From: a virus
Length of the DNA stretch: 64,000 nucleotides
Reading direction: 5' to 3' (one strand)
IMG/VR virus record: IMGVR_UViG_3300018875_000001
The position numbers were made by a program, and so were the translations under genes. Position 1 is the first letter of the stretch; every line of letters begins with the position of its first letter. This document shows positions 26,030 to 36,172 of the stretch, in pieces. The notes beneath the pieces were generated by a model. It saw only the letters and a program-made list of their open reading frames with translations. It was not told the origin of the DNA and ran no database searches.

Positions 26030-27358
26030 TTATTCGACTTCTTGAAAATCGGATTCAAACGGATTAAACTCAAATTCTGGAATGCCTTGGAAATCTTCAA
26101 TTTCCACTGGCGCATTATAATTAATTTGAACGCTTCGTACTGGAACATAAAGCTGCACACAATCTGGGTTTCCATTATTTAGTAAGCCTTTAAATGGTTG
26201 AATACCTGACGGTTTATTTGGCGCAGACGGCAAAAACTCAAAACGAATATAATCGTCATTGTTGTAGCGAGAAAGAGCTTCTTGTAAATAACGAACATTG
26301 ACCGCTACAATCACATCAGCCCCTTTTCCTTCCGTAGTAGAAATATCTTGCTGGAATGAACCAACTTCTTGTTCACGAGTATTGACTCGCATTTGATTAA
26401 GTTCTGGTTTGATACGAATAATAATCGGCTCATCCGTATTATAAACCGTAGAGTTATTGAGCAATTCCTTAAATGAACCAGCATGAATTACTACTGAACT
26501 TGCAGATTGTGATGAGTCAAAAATCAAACGATCTGTATCTGGATAATTTCCTTCTAATAATCGAGCATATAATGTAACATCTTCAAACTCATAAACCACT
26601 TGAGTTGGATAAAAGTGAAGAATGACTTCTACTTCAGTTGCATCTAAGTGTTTTTTCACTTCTTGTAATACCGCTGCTGGCACAGTCATTTCCACATTTG
26701 TATGTTCTTCATCCAATTCGTAAACGTACTGACTTAATCGATGAGAGTCAGTGGCAACACATTTAATAACACTGCCAGAAATCTTATGAAAGACTCCTGT
26801 TAAAATCGGGCGTGTTTCTTTAGTGGATACCGCATAAACCGTATGATCATAAATACGACTTAATACATCTGGATGAATAGAAACAGAAGTAATCTTTTCA
26901 CCTAAATCCGGTGTACGTGGAAATTCATGTCCATCTAATCCGTGTAAATCAAAAGTTGGGCGACCCGATTTGATAACAGCCACTTTATCATGAATACGTA
27001 TCTCAGTATTTTTGTGATTCAGTTTCTTGACAATTTGAATAAATTTATCGCCCGGAAAACAAATGGAACCCGGCTTTCCTTCTGTAATTTTAAAATTCGT
27101 TCCTTCTTTATTTTGAGTTGCTACAGCTTCTGTTAAGTAATCGTTATTAATGCCACGGAAAATCAAACGATCTTCTTGAATTTCCATGTAAATGAATTTA
27201 TAAATTTCCTGTACGGCCTTTTTCGCTACAGAACGTTCTACTTTGCTTACCAGTTTCTTGAGCAAATCTGTTTGAATTGCTAATGCCACATGAGTTTTTA
27301 ATTCCTCTTCAATTTCTTGATCAATTTTTTCTACATCAATACCTTGTAATTCTAACAT
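26030..27358 (-). CDS. dnaN: DNA polymerase III beta sliding clamp (DnaN-like) with a ~45-aa N-terminal extension
   Basis: ...RPILTGVFHKISGSVIKCVATDSHRLSQY... follows the DnaN pattern (P.L.GV......L..VATDSHRLA). Three-domain length. SD AAGGGAGGA. Confidence 0.8.
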   Translation of the reverse strand: MLELQGIDVEKIDQEIEEELKTHVALAIQTDLLKKLVSKVERSVAKKAVQEIYKFIYMEIQEDRLIFRGINNDYLTEAVATQNKEGTNFKITEGKPGSICFPGDKFIQIVKKLNHKNTEIRIHDKVAVIKSGRPTFDLHGLDGHEFPRTPDLGEKITSVSIHPDVLSRIYDHTVYAVSTKETRPILTGVFHKISGSVIKCVATDSHRLSQYVYELDEEHTNVEMTVPAAVLQEVKKHLDATEVEVILHFYPTQVVYEFEDVTLYARLLEGNYPDTDRLIFDSSQSASSVVIHAGSFKELLNNSTVYNTDEPIIIRIKPELNQMRVNTREQEVGSFQQDISTTEGKGADVIVAVNVRYLQEALSRYNNDDYIRFEFLPSAPNKPSGIQPFKGLLNNGNPDCVQLYVPVRSVQINYNAPVEIEDFQGIPEFEFNPFESDFQEVE

Positions 27359-27399
27359 TCTAGTATCCTCCCTTTATATGTTTCTTTTTTTCACCCAAT

Positions 27400-27435
27400 A
27401 ACCCGGAGGGTTTGTAATACATTACAATAATAACA
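27400..27435 (-). promoter_or_regulatory. dnaN promoter/leader: TGTTATTAT (-10), palindrome TGTAATGTATTACA, then AACCCTCCGGGTT hairpin
   Basis: Plus-strand coordinates: -10 at 27427-27435, palindrome variant at 27413-27426, hairpin at 27400-27412. Confidence 0.5.
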
Positions 27436-27464
27436 GAATAAACATGATCTTACAACATCTGATG

Positions 27465-27746
27465 CTATTTGCAAGAGATTTCTTGCTGTTTTCTCTTGCG
27501 TTCTTCTAACCACTCTTTTGCGCTTTGTAATCCTCGGAAATGACATCCTCTTTTTGTCCATTCGTATATATACTCATGGGAAGTAATGTCATAAAGGAGA
27601 ATCAAATTGTAACTGCAGTATAATGCTAAAATGTCATGTCCTTCACAATTCGTAGTAATAATCCCCTTCCATTTTTTACTCGGAAGGGGAAGTTTACCTT
27701 CAAAAGCTCGAGTTAAACATTCATAAATTTGCTTCATAATAGCCAT
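27465..27746 (-). CDS. hypothetical protein
   Basis: In-operon ORF. No motif recognised. Confidence 0.45.
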   Translation of the reverse strand: MAIMKQIYECLTRAFEGKLPLPSKKWKGIITTNCEGHDILALYCSYNLILLYDITSHEYIYEWTKRGCHFRGLQSAKEWLEERKRKQQEISCK

Positions 27747-27792
27747 CTCACACCCTTCATGATTTTCATATTTACGGTTTTAATGTATATTC

Positions 27793-28101
27793 CTATTCCC
27801 ATGAATCTAAATCATCATCATCGTGTTGGATGGAGTGTGGCTTAGTTTGTTGTATGTAGAGATATAAATCGAATAATTCTTCTGCTTCTGGTTCAGGTTT
27901 CTCCAACAACTGTTTTTTATGCTTTAAAAATTCCCGCAAAGGAACAAAAGGATACACTTTTAAATCTGTGTCTACATCACCTTCGGTTCCTTCTGGGGTG
28001 GAATATGTGTAACAACCTGTTTCAAATAAAAGATAGTAAATACCATTGGGGAGTTCTTCGATTTGATCAAGATCATCACAAAGAACTACTTCCCGAAACA
28101 C
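27793..28101 (-). CDS. hypothetical acidic protein
   Basis: In-operon ORF. No motif recognised. Confidence 0.45.
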   Translation of the reverse strand: MFREVVLCDDLDQIEELPNGIYYLLFETGCYTYSTPEGTEGDVDTDLKVYPFVPLREFLKHKKQLLEKPEPEAEELFDLYLYIQQTKPHSIQHDDDDLDSWE

Positions 28102-28115
28102 TTCCTCAGCATAAT

Positions 28116-28685
28116 TTATATCCCTCCCGTAAGCTCTTGAATCCGGCTAGTTGCATAATAATAAAGAGAACGAGCTTCATCAATATCTTTAGCCAACCAC
28201 AATTTTTCTTCCATTTCTTCTTTTAGCTGTTTTAGTTCATTTTTTATCTCATCAATATTTAAAATTCGGGATTTAATGTATTCATCAGCCGGTGAACCTT
28301 CAGATATTCTCTGATATTGAAAAATTCGGGATTTAATGTATTCATCAGCCGGTGAACCTTCAGATATTCTCTGATATTGAAAAGTATCTTCACAGCCTCT
28401 AAAGAGTTTAGAAATAGCGATTTTATGAGGTTCTTTTTGATTTTCAAGATGTCTGATTTGTTTTTCTAATTCCCTGATTTGTTGGTCAATATCTTTAATG
28501 GCATTAAAATGAGGCTGCAAATTATTTTGAACAATAAACTCTTGTTTGAGCTCTTCCTTTCGCTGTGCTAATACATCTCGTCGGTCATAGAGAATATCAT
28601 TGATTTTACCCTCAATCATATCAATCAGTTTCTCAATACGTTTTGCATCTAATCCTCGGTCATGACGAATAATTTGTGTAGTCAT
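28116..28685 (-). CDS. coiled-coil protein containing an exact in-frame 20-aa duplication
   Basis: ATG 28685 after GGGAGGATAATC. FQYQRISEGSPADEYIKSRI occurs twice in tandem. Confidence 0.55.
   Translation of the reverse strand: MTTQIIRHDRGLDAKRIEKLIDMIEGKINDILYDRRDVLAQRKEELKQEFIVQNNLQPHFNAIKDIDQQIRELEKQIRHLENQKEPHKIAISKLFRGCEDTFQYQRISEGSPADEYIKSRIFQYQRISEGSPADEYIKSRILNIDEIKNELKQLKEEMEEKLWLAKDIDEARSLYYYATSRIQELTGGI
28261..28380. repeat. Perfect 60-bp x2 tandem duplication inside a CDS
   Basis: 28261-28320 is identical to 28321-28380. Confidence 0.95.
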
Positions 28686-28687
28686 GA

Positions 28688-28933
28688 TTATCCCTCCCAA
28701 TGTCCATGACGTTTTAATATTTCAATGACTTCATTGATATAAGGCTCATCCATGTTAATTACAATATAGCTATTCAGTTTTTTTCCTTCTTCTATGCGAC
28801 CTTTGTTGATTTCCTCGCATAAATCACGTAAATACATCTTCTGTGTTTCCCAACCGTATTTCTCTACATCTTCTGTTTTTAATACAATGTATTTTGGGTG
28901 TTGTTTGATTTCTTGAATGGTTGAATCAATCAT
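28688..28933 (-). CDS. hypothetical protein
   Basis: SD GAAAGGAAGGAAAGT. No motif recognised. Confidence 0.5.
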   Translation of the reverse strand: MIDSTIQEIKQHPKYIVLKTEDVEKYGWETQKMYLRDLCEEINKGRIEEGKKLNSYIVINMDEPYINEVIEILKRHGHWEG

Positions 28934-28951
28934 ACTTTCCTTCCTTTCGAA

Positions 28952-29536
28952 TCACCAGTTGATGGTACAGCTGCTATCACTCTCAAAATATGGCTGAATA
29001 ACTTCTTCCACTCGATAAAATACATCATTGTAATAAAAAACATTGCGATTTTGGAAATCACGTAGCTCTGGATACCCTTCGATTTTTTCCACTTTTAAAA
29101 TGATGAGGTGTTCATCAATATTTTCTAGATTTTCATAGTCCCAATCACTTGAAATTTCGTCTAACTCTTGTTCCAATTCATGTTTGTCTGCATAAAACTC
29201 TATCTCATCACTATAATTATTGATGACAATATAGTGCATCGCTTCCTCTCGATCCATCTCAGCGTAAAAGGCATCTCGACAGGAACGGCATTCATAATAA
29301 TTCCCTGTTTGAAAAGAACCATAATCATGTTTTTCATGATAACATAATTCCTCGGTAGAACCGCATTTTCTGCATTTTTGTTCAATTTCAAAAGCTTCTA
29401 ACGGCAGTGAATTAATGTAACGATGTGAGTCCAGGTAGGCATATTTATCACTGGCTCCGCAATACAGACATTCTGTTCCTTCAAAGTTTTCTGGTAATAC
29501 ACGACCGCAACGGTATTTTGAACAGTATTTCATCAT
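28952..29536 (-). CDS. multi-CxxC zinc-ribbon protein
   Basis: ATG 29536 after AAGGAGGATT. CLYCG, CRKCG and CRSCR pairs. Confidence 0.5.
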   Translation of the reverse strand: MMKYCSKYRCGRVLPENFEGTECLYCGASDKYAYLDSHRYINSLPLEAFEIEQKCRKCGSTEELCYHEKHDYGSFQTGNYYECRSCRDAFYAEMDREEAMHYIVINNYSDEIEFYADKHELEQELDEISSDWDYENLENIDEHLIILKVEKIEGYPELRDFQNRNVFYYNDVFYRVEEVIQPYFESDSSCTINW

Positions 29537-29602
29537 AATCCTCCTTACCATTTATTCCATTTCTGTTTCCTATTGCCTACTTCAAATAGAAGGAGCGACC
29601 TC

Positions 29603-32044
29603 TTATAAAGCAAAGAGGTCTAGCTCCTGTTGCCCCTCAATAACTTGCTTCCGCTTTGGTACACCCTTATTGTATTCTCTAACGTTTTCTACTTTCTTGA
29701 TGACAGAATCAAACATGGATAAATAATCGTCAATGGCTTTACGAGTCCGACGAACATCTTCTTTTGTTGCACGACCGACCTTTGCTTCTTCTTCTACAAA
29801 GCGAATCAATCCTTGAGCAATCTTACGTACTGTATCAATACCGCCTTCAATTGGATTCATGATATAACCTTCATAATCCTGAAACTCCACAGCTTGCATT
29901 TCCTCAAAGGACTGATTTTTGCGGGCAAAGATATCATGTACCGTTTCAATATCTTCAAAGACATTATCATTAAGGAGCTGTTTGGCTAATGCATTCATGC
30001 CGTCAGAACTATCTGCCATGGCACGCAATCCTTCTTCAGAGAATTTTCCTTGCATAGCCATAGCTGCATCAATTTTGCGAGCAATATGTTTGAGAGCTTT
30101 CTCTTGAATCGTATCACGATACACATAGGTGTATACTTTTACATCTTTCGTTTGTTTGAGTCGCCATGAACGACGAGAGGCCTGCATGTAATCATATGTG
30201 GAATAATCCAATTGGAAAAAGTGGATATTTGGAAAAGCAAGTAAATCTAATCCAACTTTCACCAATCGTGGATTGGTAATAAGAATGTCCCAATCGTGTT
30301 TCTCCATCATTCCATGAAGCCATTGTTCCCGTTGTTGAGAATTCTTTGGCATTCGAATCCCGTCATAGCTTCCACCATTTCGAAGAATTCCTACATTATA
30401 ACCTCGACGTTTGAATTCTTCATACAAGTAAATATCCACTTGATTCCATGCTTCTTTTCCGGTGTATTTGACATAAATCAGATTCTTGCGACCATGCTGA
30501 TAAATTTCATCATCAATAATGCGGATCAATTGTTCTACTTTTCTTGGCACAAAATTTACTGGATCAAAAGTACGAGGAACTCCAAGAATATGACGATGTC
30601 CATCTTTATCATATGTGACAATTTCTTCTACATTAAATGGTGTATCCGCATACTGATACATGGCATTGATAAAGGTAGAAATACTATTCATGCCACCTAA
30701 CCCTTCTGTTGAACGCATGGTTACGGCGACATCATGTGCAATTTGTCGATAAGCATCATGGTGTTCAGAACTCATATCTACCACTACCGGGATTTCTCGA
30801 TATGGCGGTAATGCATATCCCATGTCATTTAGTTCTAAGAAGGCACAATTATTCATCAGATGCATCGGGAATAAATGTGGTGAAATACCTGGTTTTTGTG
30901 AAGTCGTACGACGAATGCGACCATCTCGTGCACGAGTACTTCGCTCATTAATTCCATATCGACGATTAAAGAGTGATTCATCTTGATACGTAATGCCTTC
31001 CCGAAGAAGTCCTTTTGGATTTAAGCGAGCTAGTAAATAAAAAATATCTCGAGCCATTCCACCCATTAATGTCCCCGTTAGCAAAATTTGTTTTTCAGTA
31101 TGGTTCACTAATTGGCCAAATGCAGTACCTGTTGTAGAATCTCCACTTTTGTACTCATGAACTTCATCAGCAATTAGGTATTTAAAGAATCCTCTTGGTA
31201 ATTTCTTATTGATATACCAAGCTGGAGATACTTTTCGATATCCAGAATCCAGTGGAAGTTTTTCTGGCTGCCATAATACATATCCGCATTCTTGTTCCTC
31301 ATCTGCCGGCACCCAACGATTACTATTGTAATCCAACTTCCATTCCTTAATTTCCTCTTTTGGTAAAAGAGAAGTTGGAACTTTGTTTCGGCAGCGATAA
31401 TTTTCTTTGGTCATATTCTTTACCCAGTTCTTTGATGACTTGTTGTAAGTTTCAAAGAAATGTTCTTCTGCATATTCACCGCCACGTTCGAATAATGGAT
31501 TCCCACACTTTGGACAATAAAAACTGGTTTCGCCTACCGAATAAAACACATCAGGTCTTCCGCTCTCATAATTCCAGACTTCGTTTCGAATCATGCGAAC
31601 ACGATACTCAGGATGAACAACTTGATGCATGCCATCTCCTCGTCGAACATGTCGAATTTGTTCAGGTTCTACGTCCTCTACAGAACGGAATGTAATATCA
31701 GATTTATGAACACGCCAATCTTTGATAGGCTCCATCGGATAAGTAAACTTGGACAACTCAGAGCTCATGATGTAATATTCCCATTTCTCCGGTTTCTTGT
31801 ATTTTATTTTTCCTTTTGCATCCATGTATTGGTTTTGTTCCTGGATTCGTTTTACGTCTAACCAATGTTGAATAATATGTGTTTCTACATTCGGTATTCG
31901 TTCTTTAATTTCCCGTGCCCATTTTTCTACCATAATGGAAGGACACAGGACAATAACCCGCTGTGGTTGAGGATTGGTTTCTACGTTTTGCAGCATTGCT
32001 TCTGTGATGTATGGAACTACTTCACCCATTGTGGTTTTACCTGT
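29603..32044 (-). CDS. SNF2/DEAD-like superfamily-2 helicase, exon 2
   Basis: Begins TGKTTMGEVV (second half of motif I). LIADEVHEYKSG (DExH). LTGTLMGG. C-terminal helicase domain. In frame with exon 1. Confidence 0.8.
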   Translation of the reverse strand, partial: TGKTTMGEVVPYITEAMLQNVETNPQPQRVIVLCPSIMVEKWAREIKERIPNVETHIIQHWLDVKRIQEQNQYMDAKGKIKYKKPEKWEYYIMSSELSKFTYPMEPIKDWRVHKSDITFRSVEDVEPEQIRHVRRGDGMHQVVHPEYRVRMIRNEVWNYESGRPDVFYSVGETSFYCPKCGNPLFERGGEYAEEHFFETYNKSSKNWVKNMTKENYRCRNKVPTSLLPKEEIKEWKLDYNSNRWVPADEEQECGYVLWQPEKLPLDSGYRKVSPAWYINKKLPRGFFKYLIADEVHEYKSGDSTTGTAFGQLVNHTEKQILLTGTLMGGMARDIFYLLARLNPKGLLREGITYQDESLFNRRYGINERSTRARDGRIRRTTSQKPGISPHLFPMHLMNNCAFLELNDMGYALPPYREIPVVVDMSSEHHDAYRQIAHDVAVTMRSTEGLGGMNSISTFINAMYQYADTPFNVEEIVTYDKDGHRHILGVPRTFDPVNFVPRKVEQLIRIIDDEIYQHGRKNLIYVKYTGKEAWNQVDIYLYEEFKRRGYNVGILRNGGSYDGIRMPKNSQQREQWLHGMMEKHDWDILITNPRLVKVGLDLLAFPNIHFFQLDYSTYDYMQASRRSWRLKQTKDVKVYTYVYRDTIQEKALKHIARKIDAAMAMQGKFSEEGLRAMADSSDGMNALAKQLLNDNVFEDIETVHDIFARKNQSFEEMQAVEFQDYEGYIMNPIEGGIDTVRKIAQGLIRFVEEEAKVGRATKEDVRRTRKAIDDYLSMFDSVIKKVENVREYNKGVPKRKQVIEGQQELDLFAL

Positions 32045-33140
32045 CGATACCTTCTAGGTCGGGAATTTAACCCAACCACTCCCCTTTCGGAGAGGACGAG
32101 ACTATATCATCACTCAGGCTCGGAGACAGCCTTCATCGTGTCGGGCGCTCGTGTCGGGTTTATTGGTCGGCATCCTCACCCGTTAGTCGTTGAACCTTCC
32201 TAGCTACTCAAGTGCCATTCGCTAGGCTTGGCTGCTGATTGCCATATCCTTTCGGACTTAGGTTTCCAGCAATTCACCCGATTTTACATGGGCTACAGGA
32301 TAATGTTTTCGTTCCAGATAAATCGTTGCATTGTTGTAGAGGAAATTTACAAATTTCGCATACAATCCATTTCCACCGAATCGATAACCAAATGCTCTTC
32401 CATTCTCTTTGTATTTTTCTCTTAGTGGCAATCCGTGTTCATGTAGAACTTTGGAATAAGCATCTAGGAATTCTTTTGTACCAATCACTTCTATATTCAC
32501 TTGAGGTCTGGAATTATCTCTCGGATCATAGAAGTAATGAATGCTTCCATCTCCATCGAAATATCCTCTCATAAAATGATGCAATAAATGATGTGGCACT
32601 TGCTCTTCTGTTGGGAATTGCAAGGTCAATGATTTGGCAGGCGTACAGCCTTTATCAATTAAATCCTGTACAATTTCCATCGATACGAGTTGTAATCGAT
32701 AGCATAGATGACCATTCACGTTTCTTGGTTTGATGTCCATTTCAGGAGAGATAAAATCTCGAAATCGCTCAAGATGATTAACATCTTTTTCAGATAAGCT
32801 TAGTTCCAATGTTCCCCGTGGTTCATAAACTGAGCCATCGGCATATAAGAAGCCTAACCAATATGCTTTTTCCTCGGTATCGATTACTTTAAACGCATCG
32901 GTGTTGTGATTGTATTTACTTCTTCCTGTTGTCATCCCTCTGGATTTTATCTGTATCCCATCTGCTTTTAACATTTGGGATAATTTCTTGCGGTCAAAAC
33001 CTGTGAGCTCTGAAATCTTTCTCAACGATTTACCTTCCAAAAACATTTGCTTTGCCATTTCATACATGTTATCACTCCCATAGGTATATTTCCTATACCC
33101 ATAATAACATGCTATGAAATGCATTACGACCTGTTTGTTA
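32045..33140 (-). mobile_element. Group I intron with a sense LAGLIDADG endonuclease gene, inserted in helicase motif I
   Basis: Splits VGEMG|TGKTT. The 5' exon ends in U (complement of 33141) and the intron ends in G (complement of 32045). The minus-strand core reads GGCAATCAGCAGCCAAGCC...GAAGGTTCAACGAC...GATGATATAGTCTCG. The 5' end (TAACAAA..CGTAATGCATTTCAT) is homologous to intron 1982-3294. Confidence 0.8.
32258..33067 (-). CDS. LAGLIDADG-family homing endonuclease
   Basis: YWLGFLYADGSV and FMRGYFDGDGSI. ATG 33067 after GGGAGTGATAAC. The longer ORF to 33253 runs into exon 1 in another frame. Confidence 0.75.
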   Translation of the reverse strand: MYEMAKQMFLEGKSLRKISELTGFDRKKLSQMLKADGIQIKSRGMTTGRSKYNHNTDAFKVIDTEEKAYWLGFLYADGSVYEPRGTLELSLSEKDVNHLERFRDFISPEMDIKPRNVNGHLCYRLQLVSMEIVQDLIDKGCTPAKSLTLQFPTEEQVPHHLLHHFMRGYFDGDGSIHYFYDPRDNSRPQVNIEVIGTKEFLDAYSKVLHEHGLPLREKYKENGRAFGYRFGGNGLYAKFVNFLYNNATIYLERKHYPVAHVKSGELLET

Positions 33141-34115
33141 ACCCATTTCTCCAACGATAAAACAAAAATCATCTTCCACCAATGTTTTAGAAACACCCAT
33201 AACAGTATTGGCTTGCGGTGGATATAGACCTGTAATTCCTTGCTGATTGGCACATAAATTCACATCACGAAAAGCGGGATGATGTCGTTCTTTCTCCGGA
33301 TCAAAACGAACAGCAATATTCTCTTGGATACGTTTTCCTAGCTCTGGTGCAAAGTGAGTTAAATAATCATCAATCGTCTGACAATGAGGTAATATGGATT
33401 GACTTTCATCTCGGCCATCTTCTTCAATTGCAAAGTTTAACTCATATCCTTGAACTCCTTCTGAGATAATGTTTTCTAGCTGTTCTTCTGTAATCATAAG
33501 AAGTCCTGCTTCTAGAGAATAATTGGAACCAAAACACTTCACGGTAAGAGGTGTATAATAACCTTCCTCTTCTAGTCGTTCGACAATATAATCAGTCCAT
33601 TCCTCTAGCATTGGTGTATTATATCGGTCATTCAGAACATGAAACACTTGTTTTTTGTAATTACCATCCCATGCCAAAATGAGTTCAGCTAAATGGCTTG
33701 GAATAGATTCTGGATCTAGACCTTGATTGATTCGTTCTCTTTGTTCTGCTAACCATTGATTACGTGCTTTTAAATCTGGTTTTGCATTTTTGGCCACCAT
33801 CAAAATATGAGTTAAATCATCAACTTTTAATACCTCTTCATCATACGGCTTTTTAGACGTAGGAATAGCAAAAACACTATGACGAATAAATCCTGTTTCG
33901 TATCGATTTCCTTCAGCACGATAAATTTGTCCCGTTTTTCCATCTTGCATAAGCCATGCGGCTTGCTTTACTTTGGAATCCACACCAATCAAATTGGCTA
34001 AATAGATGACATTATCGCTATCTGTCACAAGTAGATCACAATAGGCTATGCCGCTTGAAGAATGACGGTTATACATTTCTAATGTATATATTTCCGGCAT
34101 ATAAAGGCGTGGCAT
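33141..34115 (-). CDS. SNF2-like helicase, exon 1 (N-terminal domain of unknown function, ending in the first half of motif I)
   Basis: Ends ...FCFIVGEMG and then an immediate stop. ATG 34115 after AGAGGTGAAAGAA (ORF-track start 34154 is also possible). Confidence 0.7.
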
Positions 34116-34141
34116 TTCTTTCACCTCTTTGTTTGTATTTT

Positions 34142-34318
34142 TTAGGCTTCCCATATTTTGATTTCATTTCTTATCCATCGTTTTTCAATATTTCGTTGAT
34201 GTTTATTACGGCGACGCTTATCTTTCCCTTTTACTCGTGGTGTTGGGTATTGCCCATCTTTTGTCCAATCCCAGTTACCATATGTTTTATTGGTTTCAAT
34301 TTTAATTTGACGGTACAT
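34142..34318 (-). CDS. 58-aa highly basic protein
   Basis: ATG 34318 after AGGTGATTAC. MYRQIKIETNKTYGNWDWTKDGQYPTPRVKGKDKRRRNKHQRNIEKRWIRNEIKIWEA*. Confidence 0.35.
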   Translation of the reverse strand: MYRQIKIETNKTYGNWDWTKDGQYPTPRVKGKDKRRRNKHQRNIEKRWIRNEIKIWEA

Positions 34319-34326
34319 GTAATCAC

Positions 34327-35712
34327 CTACATGATTTTTCGGAATTGTCCTTTGGCATCTAAGATTTTTACGCCAATATTGTAAAATTCTCGTTCTACAA
34401 CTTTGGTTAAGCCATCATCATCGGTTTCTGTAAATTCACGAACATCTTTAATGGCACTTCCTTTTACAAGATGCTGATCGGGTCCAGTGCCAATATATCC
34501 ATTCAAAAATCCGGATGTGAGTAATAACATGATATGTCCTTTATGAAGTGGAGATGGTGTCACAGGATTATAGTTATTAAAAACTTGAGAATTCTTCTCT
34601 TGATATACTTGCAATAACTTGGATTTTTGAAGGGATAATAAAGCTTCGCTTCCCGTAACCGGACCTACTCGGAATGATTGAATTTCATCTGGATGACAAG
34701 CCGGAACCTCATAAATAGGCTCCAATTGTGGTTCAATTACTCCATACATAGCATCCACTTTAGCTCGGAAGACTTGCTTTTCATATTGTTCATGTCCTTC
34801 AGGAACTGTAATTTCACGAATCTTTCCAAAAGACTTATAAGGTCGTTCTTTGGTTCGAGCAATGGCCTTTCCTAATTCATAATGTTCTCGAGTCGCTTTC
34901 TTTCGTTTTTTGGCTAAGATAATGCATTTTCGATATTCAAGATATTCATCATCATCCAAACGGAGGATTCTAATATCTTCGTACTGATTCACCAATTTAA
35001 AAGCAATCGTATCGTCAATAAATTCTTTTGGAGTAATCATGATTAAAATACCACCTGGGCGCAGGTATGTAGTTGCTCGTTGCAGCAGAAACGCATCCCA
35101 TCGCATGCTAGACATTTTCTTTTGTTGCTCTTTCATGGCCATGCGCCATGCTTTCACACGTTTTTCTAATTCGGCACGAATTTTTCTTTCAATCCGCTCT
35201 TGACGCTGCTCTTCTGTTTCTTGGTCTTTCCGTTCGGTGTTATCTTCATTTAGTGCGCCAAAATCAATTTGCTTAGAAATTTGAGCTTGCAGTCGCTTCT
35301 TTTCTTCTTCTTGACGCAAGACTTGTTCTCGAATTTCTTTTTCAAAATTTGGCATATTATATGGATCAATCTGCTCAAACACTTCATGAATCAATCGATC
35401 ATCAACATAAGGATGAACCACCATAAGAGAGAAAACATCATTGGTGATCTTAGCTTCAGAGCGATAATCGGATTGGGAAACACGATAATAGGAATAAGTG
35501 TTTCTCATAGAATCACAATCCGCTGGTAATTCATCTACTCCATATAAAAAACGTTGGTCATGTTTTGAAGTTAACTGATGAAGAAAAGACCCATTGAAAG
35601 CTCTCCAGTCCATAGCAGTAATAGGTTGACCTTCCGGAAATTTTAAATACATTTGCAGCAATTTGGTTGTATATTGACTAAGCGGATGATTAATTTTCCA
35701 TGGTTGTGACAT
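34327..35712 (-). CDS. SAM-methyltransferase-fold protein with degenerate catalytic motifs, partner of the SNF2 helicase (DUF6094-like; tentative)
   Basis: Ordered MTase-like blocks: AMDWRAFNGSFLHQL (motif I position), FLYGVDE, FSLMVVHPYVDD (HPYV where NPPY is expected), PGGILIMITP. SD AAGGAGATGAGAAT. Confidence 0.45.
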   Translation of the reverse strand: MSQPWKINHPLSQYTTKLLQMYLKFPEGQPITAMDWRAFNGSFLHQLTSKHDQRFLYGVDELPADCDSMRNTYSYYRVSQSDYRSEAKITNDVFSLMVVHPYVDDRLIHEVFEQIDPYNMPNFEKEIREQVLRQEEEKKRLQAQISKQIDFGALNEDNTERKDQETEEQRQERIERKIRAELEKRVKAWRMAMKEQQKKMSSMRWDAFLLQRATTYLRPGGILIMITPKEFIDDTIAFKLVNQYEDIRILRLDDDEYLEYRKCIILAKKRKKATREHYELGKAIARTKERPYKSFGKIREITVPEGHEQYEKQVFRAKVDAMYGVIEPQLEPIYEVPACHPDEIQSFRVGPVTGSEALLSLQKSKLLQVYQEKNSQVFNNYNPVTPSPLHKGHIMLLLTSGFLNGYIGTGPDQHLVKGSAIKDVREFTETDDDGLTKVVEREFYNIGVKILDAKGQFRKIM

Positions 35713-35727
35713 ATTCTCATCTCCTTT

Positions 35728-36156
35728 TTAATGATGATAATCAACACATGTATACAAGTCTTCATAAACTTGATCAATGACTTCCATTGGTACACCTGCA
35801 TTCAGTAAACCTGTCACATTTTTTAAAGTCGGACCATGATATGTTTTTACATCTTTCCAAGAATCTGTACCATCAAGGGTTTCGATGGCTTCGCATTCAG
35901 TCACTATAAATGGACAGGGCGAACTTAATGTATATACCATAGATTCATCTGCATTTACTCCCTTGTATTCAAATCGAATCAAAGCTCGATACCATTGACC
36001 CTCTACTTGAATACGTTTGTTTAGCATATAGAATTTCTGATTAGAACGACTATCCGTGTACCATCCTTTTCGTTTTAAGAAATGAAAGGTTCGATTGCTA
36101 ATATTATTGGTTTCAATGGAAATACGATTACAGAGGTAAAGACGAATTAATTCCAT
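35728..36156 (-). CDS. hypothetical protein
   Basis: SD AAGGAGAGAAGATC. First gene after the promoter/palindrome at 36173-36193. Confidence 0.5.
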   Translation of the reverse strand: MELIRLYLCNRISIETNNISNRTFHFLKRKGWYTDSRSNQKFYMLNKRIQVEGQWYRALIRFEYKGVNADESMVYTLSSPCPFIVTECEAIETLDGTDSWKDVKTYHGPTLKNVTGLLNAGVPMEVIDQVYEDLYTCVDYHH

Positions 36157-36172
36157 GATCTTCTCTCCTTAT

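Noticed and set aside
29919-31861. Several plus-strand ORFs (29919-30107, 30296-30700, 30709-30951, 31360-31695, 31613-31861) inside the SNF2 gene. Similar antisense ORFs occur elsewhere (6303-6608, 14231-14521, 19812-20159, 45705-46061, 54066-54344, 56146-56382).
   Set aside because: They are antisense to long, motif-supported CDSs. They lack SDs and give low-complexity, hydrophobic or Cys/His/Phe-rich translations typical of AT-rich antisense frames.
33068-33253. N-terminal extension of ORF 32258-33253 (MPISKELQVYIHRKP...).
   Set aside because: This part overlaps SNF2 exon 1 in another frame and crosses the 5' splice site. The LAGLIDADG protein most likely starts at ATG 33067, which has a GGGAG SD.
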